Virus record (IMG/VR): IMGVR_UViG_3300045988_131144 | Span: 14,352-78,351 of that record | From: a virus | DNA length: 64,000 nucleotides | Reading direction: 5' to 3' (one strand) | Shown here: piece by piece, positions 47,046-54,481 of the stretch | Numbering within the stretch: position 1 is the first letter of the stretch | Layout: every line of letters starts with the position of its first letter | Program-made: the position numbers and the translations under genes | The notes under the pieces: model-generated | Seen by the model: the letters and a program-made list of their open reading frames with translations, nothing else | Databases searched by the model: none | What the model was told of the DNA's origin: nothing

Positions 47046-47265
47046 TGTCGAACCATTTTAATACAGTTCTTCAGACGGGGGAGAGTCACCAACTCGCGCT
47101 TGTTCACGATTTCGGGAACATTTGCGAGATTTTGCGAGTTTTCAAAAGCTCCGCGAAAACCGACGTCAGCCCCGCCGAAGTCGTCCAGCTCTGGTCATTT
47201 GTGTAATAATGACCAGAGATAGCTCCCCGCCCCCACTTGCAAAACCGCACGGGGGCTTGATTTTT
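46870..47265 (+). ncRNA. candidate non-coding transcript of about 400 nt (hypothetical)
   Basis: Bounded by the candidate promoter and the terminator-like hairpin at 47229-47265. Contains a T-poor tract, CAACATGTTG palindrome, TTTGCGAG x2 and an 11-bp perfect hairpin at 47189-47218. Confidence 0.2.
47229..47265 (+). terminator. terminator-like hairpin
   Basis: GCCCCC (16-nt loop) GGGGGC followed by TTGATTTTT. Confidence 0.4.
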
Positions 47266-47688
47266 CAAGGTTTTCTGGTGGCAGTCCCATTCCCTCACTC
47301 ATTCACTTCCTCCTTCCAACCATCCCAGTTTCCATCCCCTCCCCCTACTTTAAAATCGAATTTAAGATTTCAAAAGGTTCTCCGGGCGAAACTGCTATTT
47401 ATAGGCCAAATCCCCCTGTTCAATTATAATTTGGTTGAAATTCAGATAATTATTCGCTCTGGTTTTGCGTTATTCGCGCCTGTCGTGCTCTCTGGCACGC
47501 TTTACGCGTCTCGGTGGTGTAGTTTCATTCCTAAATATTAAAAGCGTTTTTAAGGCCGTTCTCGTGCGTTTTAAGGCACATGATTTTCGAGCGGTTTTCA
47601 GCCCGCTCTCGGATAATAGTCGGGTCAGGCTCAGCAGAGTTTCGCCTGCCGGTCGAGTCTGGTCGAGATAGCGACCGGCTTGGAGCAT

Positions 47689-47720
47689 AAAAAAGAGGCC
47701 ACCTCCGTAGAGATGACCTC
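47689..47720 (-). terminator. rho-independent terminator of the SPFH operon
   Basis: Minus strand reads GAGGUCAUC ucuacg GAGGUGGCCUC (with G-U pairs) followed by UUUUUUAU. Confidence 0.55.
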
Positions 47721-47759
47721 ATCAATTTTTAATCTATAACTGCCGCTGGTTACGTAGAC

Positions 47760-48614
47760 TCACTTAGACACAACAACGCTATCCGCTCCGGTTACTGTTA
47801 CCCATCCATGCTTCAAGCGTGCTTCTGCCTCCGTCATCTGGATAAGCTCCGGGGTAATGGATTCTGAAATGATCCTGTTTGCGTCTGCCTGCGCCTGTGC
47901 CTCTATGACCTCGATATCCGCAGCGGTCTGAGCCTTAACCTTGTCTGTTTCTGCCTGCGCAAGCGCCGTAGACTTCTCAAGCTCTGCTATTTCCGCATCC
48001 TGCTTTGCCTGTTCCTTTGCCTTGATCTTTTCCTGCAAGCCTGTATCGAGCTCGACATCAATAATGAGTGCGCTGGTAATCTGCATGCCATATTCATCAG
48101 ACAATTTTTCATTGAGATACTCGGTGAGAGCTTTGTTGACCTCTGACTTCTTGTCACTGTAAATGTCCATGACGGAGAACTTCGGCGTGACCTCTTTCAC
48201 ATAGGCGATAATGCTGTTCTGTATGTACGTTTCGACGAGCTGCTCACCGTCCATGCCATTGAACCGAGTGTAAATGTCTATCACACGGTCTGCCTTGAAA
48301 CTGTAATTGACCGTCAGGTTGATTTTTACCATGCCGCCGTTAGCGGGAGCGTCGATAGACCAATCCGCGTGTTCTTTGGCGTTGTAATCTGCTGGGTCGT
48401 TTGAAAACACTATCTGCTGCTGTGACACTGGGAACTGCTTCACGCGCTCTGTGAACCCTATCCAGTGCCAGCCGGGAGATAGCGTTTCGTTCTTCACACC
48501 TTTTGAGGTGTAAACAACACCAACGTTGCCTACGCTCACACGCTCAAGACATGATATACATGAGACTGCAACTATCAAAGCCAAAACTACCGCTATAATT
48601 CTTGTTTTTCTCAT
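47760..48614 (-). CDS. SPFH/Band-7 (prohibitin-like) membrane protein
   Basis: N-terminal TM IIAVVLALIVAVSCISC; SPFH-like core (VGVVYTSKG...PGWHWIGFTERVKQFP...); C-terminal Ala/Glu/Gln coiled coil. Confidence 0.7.
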   Translation of the reverse strand: MRKTRIIAVVLALIVAVSCISCLERVSVGNVGVVYTSKGVKNETLSPGWHWIGFTERVKQFPVSQQQIVFSNDPADYNAKEHADWSIDAPANGGMVKINLTVNYSFKADRVIDIYTRFNGMDGEQLVETYIQNSIIAYVKEVTPKFSVMDIYSDKKSEVNKALTEYLNEKLSDEYGMQITSALIIDVELDTGLQEKIKAKEQAKQDAEIAELEKSTALAQAETDKVKAQTAADIEVIEAQAQADANRIISESITPELIQMTEAEARLKHGWVTVTGADSVVVSK

Positions 48615-48700
48615 TTTTTCTTATTTCCTCCTAAAATGTCAAAAATTATGATAAACGCAACCGCGAATATCGCTGAACCAACAAAAAGAATTTCTCTCAC
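48611..48700 (-). CDS. 29-aa hydrophobic micropeptide coupled to the SPFH gene
   Basis: GTG start; VREILFVGSAIFAVAFIIIFDILGGNKKK; its TGA overlaps the SPFH ATG. Confidence 0.35.
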   Translation of the reverse strand: MREILFVGSAIFAVAFIIIFDILGGNKKK

Positions 48701-48713
48701 TTGGTGCCCCCTG

Positions 48714-49568
48714 TTACTCGCTATAATCTAATTCACCGGCCAACACATCAGGAAGAATGGCGGTAGCAATTCGTCTCCCGCATCTTGGACAACGGAACGG
48801 ATCAAATCCCCACAAGCGTACCATGCCCTCCGATTCCTTCTTACACGACAACGATGCGAGTGTGAACCCACAGTGTTCGCATACCGGCTTGAACTTCATG
48901 GTCGTTGTATCTGACTCTTCGCCGAGGAAGGTTCCTTCAAGCAAATCCGTCGAGTGGTCAACCTCCGCAAACCGCACCAGTTCGGCCATTGCGTCGTAGG
49001 CTTCGCAAGAAGTATCGAAGAGCATACCTCCCATCACCCCGTTTGTGTCGTCTGTGCACAAGAGGCACTCGCCCCAACCATCGTGGTGGATGCCGTAGCT
49101 CAGACCGCTCCACGGGTCTGATTCGTATGCACAGCCGAGCTCACCATGATAGTTTCCCTCGTCATCATGCACGCCGATGTGCAGTTTCTCCTTGCCGCAG
49201 AACGGACACCTATACATCTTCGGCGTCCCGTTGAGAGCGCACACGATGCCGTAACAGTACACCTCGCCCTCCTCCATGATCTTGAACTCTGCGTGTGGCA
49301 GCTCGGTCTCGTATGCCCATGAGCAGTCTCTCCCTTCGGGGCACCACACTGCTTTGATGGGCAGGGAACGTCCTTCTCCACGCTTGAGCACACCGCCCTC
49401 GAAACAGTCGCACTCTCCGTCTATTGCGCCCCTCAACTCTGCGAGGTCGTCGGATGCGCCGAACACGACGAGGAAATCCAGATTTTCTGCGAGGATTGCT
49501 TCATCTTCTGTTATCTCATTACCATACTGCCGCCCATCAAGTTTCGCGGCAAATTCTTCAACTGTCAT
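48714..49568 (-). CDS. Cys-rich protein with an internal Lar-like zinc ribbon
   Basis: 284 aa; central MYRCPFCGKEKLHIG...; C-terminal CEHCG...RCPRCG. Confidence 0.5.
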   Translation of the reverse strand: MTVEEFAAKLDGRQYGNEITEDEAILAENLDFLVVFGASDDLAELRGAIDGECDCFEGGVLKRGEGRSLPIKAVWCPEGRDCSWAYETELPHAEFKIMEEGEVYCYGIVCALNGTPKMYRCPFCGKEKLHIGVHDDEGNYHGELGCAYESDPWSGLSYGIHHDGWGECLLCTDDTNGVMGGMLFDTSCEAYDAMAELVRFAEVDHSTDLLEGTFLGEESDTTTMKFKPVCEHCGFTLASLSCKKESEGMVRLWGFDPFRCPRCGRRIATAILPDVLAGELDYSE

Positions 49569-50209
49569 TTCTTGTCCACCTCGTCTATAAAGGTCGCCGC
49601 TTCATCTGCGACGTGCAGGAAGAACGCCAGCGGATTGCGTCGGAAAGTATCTCCTGCGGCTCTGGCTTCACCCTCCTGCCATGAACTCATGTGATAGCGG
49701 ATTGCGGTCGCTTCGTCTACTGACAGAGACATGAACTGCTGGAGAATGAAAACGCTCTTTTCTCCGTGGCCGAAAATGAACTTCTCGTCAATATCGTAAG
49801 CCTGTACTGTCTCCCAAATGAAATCTCCACCCGCGTCGTGCTTCACTGTCCACTTCTCCGCAGCGGCAACCTTTTCAGGATCGTATGTTTTCTGGTTGCG
49901 GCAGTTCGGCTTGTACATGTTGGCCTTGCAGAGATCATGGAAAAGCGCGACTATTGCGATGGTTTCTTCGGTATATGGGCAGCTATCGCCATATTCCTCG
50001 CGCAGAAATCTGCACAGTCTATCATACACATTCAAACTGTGTTCGCACAGTCCGCCAGGTACTGCGAGGTGATGGCGCGAACTCGCCGGGGCTTCAAAGA
50101 AGTCCGAGTGCAGGTCAAGCCACGCTATCAGACCGGTCGTGTTGTCGCGTGTGATGTTTTCCGTGACGATATTGACAAATTCTTCCTTGTTTCTCTCGAT
50201 GTTAATCAT
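49565..50209 (-). CDS. HD-domain phosphohydrolase
   Basis: SSRHHLAVPGGLCEHS ... ALFHDLCK ... GHGEKS metal-ligand pattern. Confidence 0.7.
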   Translation of the reverse strand: MINIERNKEEFVNIVTENITRDNTTGLIAWLDLHSDFFEAPASSRHHLAVPGGLCEHSLNVYDRLCRFLREEYGDSCPYTEETIAIVALFHDLCKANMYKPNCRNQKTYDPEKVAAAEKWTVKHDAGGDFIWETVQAYDIDEKFIFGHGEKSVFILQQFMSLSVDEATAIRYHMSSWQEGEARAAGDTFRRNPLAFFLHVADEAATFIDEVDKK

Positions 50210-50215
50210 TTTACT

Positions 50216-50428
50216 TTACTCCCTCTTCAGTACAGTTGCCGGTTTCGCATAGATAGTGTTCCTACCTGGCGTTATCCCAATTTCTCGTAATTCCTTGGCC
50301 GACAACGTGTGAGTGGATGTGAACACGATAGTCGCTGTCGTCCGATTCAGGCAAGCGACACATTCACATACGTGCTGACCGCTCGATTCATTTACCCTAA
50401 ACGGGCAGTTGCTGGCGTAGCACTCCAT
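50216..50428 (-). CDS. Cys-rich small protein
   Basis: 70-aa ORF. Confidence 0.45.
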   Translation of the reverse strand: MECYASNCPFRVNESSGQHVCECVACLNRTTATIVFTSTHTLSAKELREIGITPGRNTIYAKPATVLKRE

Positions 50429-50778
50429 TATTCAACCTCTTTCAACCAGAACTCACGGCGGCAATTATTGCAGTCTTTGGTGCCGCATTGCGAGCACTGG
50501 CCGTTTTCGTCTCTAAAGCTTGCGACGAAACGCCTAGGGCAAATATCCACAAATCCATCATCAGTCATCAGAACTTCCGGCCATTGTTTTAAAAATTCGC
50601 TCTGTCTGGTTTTTGGTGGGTGTGCCTCAAGCCACTTCTCAACGATGACAACCGCCTCTTTCGGGCTTTCCTGACACCATACTGCGCACGACGCATTTTT
50701 GCTAAGTGGGCAGCCATCGCACCGATAATAAGCCTTGCACATCTGATTCTTTGCTTTCAAAAATTCAACTGCGTCCAT
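50428..50778 (-). CDS. Cys-rich hypothetical protein
   Basis: 116-aa ORF, ATGA-type coupling. Confidence 0.5.
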   Translation of the reverse strand: MDAVEFLKAKNQMCKAYYRCDGCPLSKNASCAVWCQESPKEAVVIVEKWLEAHPPKTRQSEFLKQWPEVLMTDDGFVDICPRRFVASFRDENGQCSQCGTKDCNNCRREFWLKEVE

Positions 50779-51080
50779 TATTTACCCTCCATTTCCCGCC
50801 GCAGCGCTGCCCCCATCTTTACCATCTCTTCCAGCGTTGGAGCATGTTTGCACACGAAACTGCTATGGAAGAAACAGTTTGCGCACAAGACCCCTCCCAT
50901 AAACACCCAGCACCGATTACTCAACGCTCGGCAGTCCTCCTTGAGGTTGGCATTTTCTTCTTCCAGAGAGTCCACCTTTTCCCGATACTGCTTTTTCAGC
51001 TTGGACAGCTCCGCCTTGAGCCTTTTATTTTCCTCGGTCGCGTCCGAGGACATTTTGTTGCGAAATTCATTTAAGTCCAT
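50778..51080 (-). CDS. coiled-coil hypothetical protein
   Basis: ATG at 51080 (MDLNEFRNK...) behind AAAGGA. Confidence 0.45.
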   Translation of the reverse strand: MDLNEFRNKMSSDATEENKRLKAELSKLKKQYREKVDSLEEENANLKEDCRALSNRCWVFMGGVLCANCFFHSSFVCKHAPTLEEMVKMGAALRREMEGK

Positions 51081-51339
51081 TTGTTTTCCTTTCTCCGCAG
51101 CTGCAAAAGTCGTTCGGGAACACCACAGAACCTTTGCTGTCACATATCAAGCAGTAAGAACTGTAGCTACCTTCATAGCTGAATAGCTTCTTGCTGTATT
51201 TGCAGTCCTTGCAGCGGGTCACTTCCACGACATCAGCCGCAGGTACAGTACATATAGGGCAGGATTCTTTATCGCAGTGTTCATTGGGGCTATGGCAGCG
51301 ATTCTTGCAGTAATCTTCCTTGTCTATGCACTCAGTCAT
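51067..51339 (-). CDS. Cys-rich protein (RCKDC...FCSxG family A)
   Basis: ATG at 51339 behind GGAGGAG; VTRCKDCKYS...DFCSCGERK. Confidence 0.5.
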   Translation of the reverse strand: MTECIDKEDYCKNRCHSPNEHCDKESCPICTVPAADVVEVTRCKDCKYSKKLFSYEGSYSSYCLICDSKGSVVFPNDFCSCGERKTNGLK

Positions 51340-51424
51340 TGCTTCTCCTCCATTCTGAGCATCCGCCGTTGTTCTTCCACACGCAGCGGTCACATTTGCC
51401 GTAGCACTTTTTATGTTCAGCCAT
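51332..51424 (-). CDS. possible 30-aa Cys-rich peptide
   Basis: MAEHKKCYGKCDRCVWKNNGGCSEWRRSND; overlaps the next start. Confidence 0.3.
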   Translation of the reverse strand: MAEHKKCYGKCDRCVWKNNGGCSEWRRSND

Positions 51425-51429
51425 TGTTA

Positions 51430-51600
51430 TTACCTCTCTGTGGAACGGACTATTTTGAAGCGGCAGCAAATGCGATTTACAGTGTACGCAACACCATATC
51501 GGAAATCCATGTCGGTTCCGGCAGCATCGCCAGTGCGATAGTCCGCATAAATCTCTTCAAGGATTTTCCGCAATTTTTTCTTTGTGATAAGTCCGAACAT
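51430..51600 (-). CDS. small hypothetical protein (56 aa)
   Basis: GGAGGT RBS; MFGLITKKKLRKILEEIYADYRTGDAAGTDMDFRYGVAYTVNRICCRFKIVRSTER. Confidence 0.35.
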   Translation of the reverse strand: MFGLITKKKLRKILEEIYADYRTGDAAGTDMDFRYGVAYTVNRICCRFKIVRSTER

Positions 51601-51609
51601 TTTTACCTC

Positions 51610-51858
51610 CTATTCGTCGCTCTTTTTCGTTCCGAGCGAGCAAAAATCATTACACCTTGTTGTGACGGTTCCGAATCGTTCACACTTGCCGTAGTCTCGG
51701 TTGACCTGTGTATGTCTTTGCCAAAACTGGCAGTCTTTGCACCTCACCACTTTCACAGCATCCACTGCTGGAATTTTCTCTAATGCTTCAGCGGCAAGCC
51801 ATGCACATCGTACTGCTTTCATAGCCACTCTACGTTCTATGAGATCATCCATTCCCAT
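51610..51858 (-). CDS. Cys-rich protein (RCKDC...FCSxG family A)
   Basis: VVRCKDCQFW...DFCSLGTKK. Confidence 0.5.
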   Translation of the reverse strand: MGMDDLIERRVAMKAVRCAWLAAEALEKIPAVDAVKVVRCKDCQFWQRHTQVNRDYGKCERFGTVTTRCNDFCSLGTKKSDE

Positions 51859-52045
51859 TAGGCATCACCTCATCTTTTTTCGGGCACAGTACAAACGAGA
51901 AATTCTCGTCGCAAGCATCACACTGCATCTGAAGCAGGTCGCACGTACACAGCAGATCATCAATGCTCATGTCTTTTACATGGAAATGTTGGCATTTCTT
52001 ATCCCAGCAGTCTTTCGGAAATCTATCGTTCATCAGATGTATCAT
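51845..52045 (-). CDS. Cys-rich small protein
   Basis: 66-aa ORF. Confidence 0.45.
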   Translation of the reverse strand: MIHLMNDRFPKDCWDKKCQHFHVKDMSIDDLLCTCDLLQMQCDACDENFSFVLCPKKDEVMPNGNG

Positions 52046-52196
52046 CCCTTTCTCTCGGAAACGCTATGATCGCACCTTCGTACAATTTGCTCCTGTCAAC
52101 TTCGCAACTGTCAAGGAGTATTTCCCGAAGCCTTCCACGTACAATAGCTACGCTGGCGGCTATCACGTCGTCGGGAATATCAAGTGTTATTTTCAT
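52023..52196 (-). CDS. small hypothetical protein (57 aa)
   Basis: Hand-translated MKITLDIPDDVIAASVAIVRGRLREILLDSCEVDRSKLYEGAIIAFPRERDDTSDER. Confidence 0.3.
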   Translation of the reverse strand: MKITLDIPDDVIAASVAIVRGRLREILLDSCEVDRSKLYEGAIIAFPRERDDTSDER

Positions 52197-52208
52197 TTCT
52201 GTTCCCCG

Positions 52209-52817
52209 TCACCACCCGTAAAAGAGCACGGTTTTTGTTTCCCAGTCTATGGACTTATACAGCCTGACCAACTCGAAAATCTGGTGTTCATATTGATATG
52301 AATCGCTTATGGATTCATGCGTTTCATCAAGGTCAATAGCGCCGAGTCTCTCCCACCATTTAAGTCTTTCGTGGATAAAGTCGCGTATTTTATCTATGCT
52401 CTTGATGTCATCCCGCTCTATGGAAAAACCTCCCGGAAGAAATTGCTTTCCGCCGTCCACAAGTAAGTTTTTATACGCCTCTATGATTTTGCGCTTGTAT
52501 ATCTCGATAGCTTCAAGCACACCGGGCTTACCAACGACATACGGATCATAGTCCGAAACGTCCTCCTGAACTTCTTTGTCTGTAAACAGCGGTTCGCCTT
52601 TGCTATAAATCCGGTCTGCCGTATTGTCCCAATACAGTTTCCCAAATTCAAAGATTTCCTTTTTGTCAAGAAACTTGTTGTCGTTAAAAGAGAACCAGCC
52701 GTCCCCGCCTTCTACGCCCTCTGATTTTGCATAGTTACAAAGCTCACTCATAGTCATGTTTCTGATCGCTTCGCACTTGCTTTTATCAATAAGATAAAAA
52801 TAATGCCTATATCCCAT
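52209..52817 (-). CDS. hypothetical protein
   Basis: 202-aa ORF. Confidence 0.5.
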   Translation of the reverse strand: MGYRHYFYLIDKSKCEAIRNMTMSELCNYAKSEGVEGGDGWFSFNDNKFLDKKEIFEFGKLYWDNTADRIYSKGEPLFTDKEVQEDVSDYDPYVVGKPGVLEAIEIYKRKIIEAYKNLLVDGGKQFLPGGFSIERDDIKSIDKIRDFIHERLKWWERLGAIDLDETHESISDSYQYEHQIFELVRLYKSIDWETKTVLFYGW

Positions 52818-53094
52818 TTTCGTTGTCCTTTCTAAACATCACTACCCGAACCACATCATCGATCTGCACTTCCGTGTCCTCAAAGGGGAACTGGCCGCAA
52901 TGCGGGCAGGCAATAGTGTCATGCACTTCGTCGAGACCGAGCTCGCCGCCAACCCAAAGAGGTGTGGTATCAACTATCACAGCGCCGTTATCCTTTTCCA
53001 CAAAGGAATGTTTTGTGATCGTGTTTCCACCGTCAAAATTCTCCATCACAAGCTCTATTGCAGTGAGCTCACGACCGCACTTTTCACACTTCAT
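52807..53094 (-). CDS. zinc-ribbon hypothetical protein (start uncertain)
   Basis: MKCEKCGREL...ACPHCGQ; ATGA coupling at 53091-53094; ORF is open to 53211. Confidence 0.4.
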   Translation of the reverse strand: MKCEKCGRELTAIELVMENFDGGNTITKHSFVEKDNGAVIVDTTPLWVGGELGLDEVHDTIACPHCGQFPFEDTEVQIDDVVRVVMFRKDNENGI

Positions 53095-53282
53095 TTTCTT
53101 TGCTCTCCCATCTGCCCCCACAAATCCTTCAACGCAAGTTCCCTCAAGACTTTGTCCGAATATGCCGGACATCTGTTTTGGGGTTCGACCCACTGTGAGA
53201 ATCTTGTGCACCTGATCTTGTCGTCAATTTTTCTTTTTGGATTCGCGTACTCACAGTGTCGGCACTGTACTTTGTACGTCAT
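53091..53282 (-). CDS. Cys-rich small protein
   Basis: ATG at 53282 behind GGAGGTGA; MTYKVQCRHCEYANP... Confidence 0.45.
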   Translation of the reverse strand: MTYKVQCRHCEYANPKRKIDDKIRCTRFSQWVEPQNRCPAYSDKVLRELALKDLWGQMGEQRK

Positions 53283-53299
53283 CGCGTTCTCACCTCCGG

Positions 53300-53707
53300 T
53301 CATCCATAAAGCCCAAGACTCACAAACAGTCTCTTGGCTTCCTCGTCATACGCCTTATAATCCGGGTACTTATCCAGAATGTCAGCGTATTTGCACCGCT
53401 TCTGTCCGCCGCATGCCTTGCGGTCTTTGCAATATACGCATCCGTATTTCTTCTGCGAGTCCGGATTAACACCTACATATCCTTCCGAGCCGCCCAAGCC
53501 CTCGCGCGAGCCTTTTCGCACCTTGGTACAGCCGCAGTTTCTGACTCGTCCTGTGCGGATATCATAGCCACGGCGGACAAAGGTTTTCCCGCATATCCGG
53601 CAGCGGCAATTGAAATACGCCCCCAGAGTTCCGCCAGAGCGCTTTTCGTTGTAACTCAGGACTTCTACGTCGTGGAATGTTTGCCCTGATATGTCGATGA
53701 TTTTCAT
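53300..53707 (-). CDS. Cys-rich hypothetical protein
   Basis: 135-aa ORF. Confidence 0.5.
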   Translation of the reverse strand: MKIIDISGQTFHDVEVLSYNEKRSGGTLGAYFNCRCRICGKTFVRRGYDIRTGRVRNCGCTKVRKGSREGLGGSEGYVGVNPDSQKKYGCVYCKDRKACGGQKRCKYADILDKYPDYKAYDEEAKRLFVSLGLYG

Positions 53708-53922
53708 GTTGTCTCCTCTATTGTCTCAAGCAAAGCAATCAGCCCAAAGAACGACCGCGGGTTTATCCCGGTCTTTTCCTTTGCCGCTGTCAAATGAAAT
53801 TCCACTGTGGAGTTGTTCATGTTCAGCGCTCTGGCCGTAGCTGTGGCGTTCATATTGTTTTCGGCATAAGTGCAAATTACGCGCTTGCACTTCTCGGTTA
53901 ATGGCCGTTGGCTTTTGTCCAT
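53704..53922 (-). CDS. LuxR/GerE-type HTH small regulator
   Basis: LTEKCKRVICTYAENNMNATATARALNMNNSTVEFHLTAAKEKTG. Confidence 0.5.
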   Translation of the reverse strand: MDKSQRPLTEKCKRVICTYAENNMNATATARALNMNNSTVEFHLTAAKEKTGINPRSFFGLIALLETIEETT

Positions 53923-53955
53923 TCGGCTTCCCTCCCCTCTGCATAATGCGAATAT

Positions 53956-54168
53956 TTATTCATCCGGTAGAAATTCCGCGGGGCATATCATATTTGTCTC
54001 TATCAGGAACGCCAATTTGAACTGTGATACTGTAAATATTCCCTCTTTCACGAGAAATTCTACGCCGTGTTTCAGCGCTTCTCCATCAATCACGGTTCCT
54101 TGCGGATAGGAGACATACTGCACGACAAAGCGCTTTACCGCTTCAAATTGTTCGCTCGAAGCCCACAC
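53956..54168 (-). CDS. hypothetical protein
   Basis: 70-aa ORF. Confidence 0.45.
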   Translation of the reverse strand: MWASSEQFEAVKRFVVQYVSYPQGTVIDGEALKHGVEFLVKEGIFTVSQFKLAFLIETNMICPAEFLPDE

Positions 54169-54481
54169 GGTAATCCCTCACCTCCGACATGTCTACAACG
54201 CTCAACCTTGCTTGGTAATGGAAATCACCAGAACCGTCCTGCCGGAATCTCCACTCTATGAAACGGCTAAGCTCCTTGGATGTAACGAGCTTTTCTATAA
54301 AGTCCCGCTTGGTGATCTCATTTATAATATCTTCGCCGAAGGTTTCCACCTGTTCGCGTGAATATATCCTTGAAACTACGAACGTTTCAGGACGCAAATT
54401 GATCTGAACAACTTTAGGCGGCGGCAGTTGCTCTGTATACCCGCCCAGTTTGCGTATGATCCAGCTCTTAAATTTGTTCAT
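54143..54481 (-). CDS. hypothetical protein
   Basis: 112-aa ORF. Confidence 0.45.
   Translation of the reverse strand: MNKFKSWIIRKLGGYTEQLPPPKVVQINLRPETFVVSRIYSREQVETFGEDIINEITKRDFIEKLVTSKELSRFIEWRFRQDGSGDFHYQARLSVVDMSEVRDYRVGFERTI

Noticed and set aside
46510-47541. ORFs of 64-139 aa on both strands across the anomalous region (e.g. 46841-47107 minus, 46854-47222 plus, 47122-47541 plus)
   Set aside because: The T-poor plus strand (A-poor minus strand) removes stop codons, so long open frames arise by composition. The products are Cys/Leu- or Arg/Lys/Gln-rich nonsense lacking RBSs, and the frames overlap one another.
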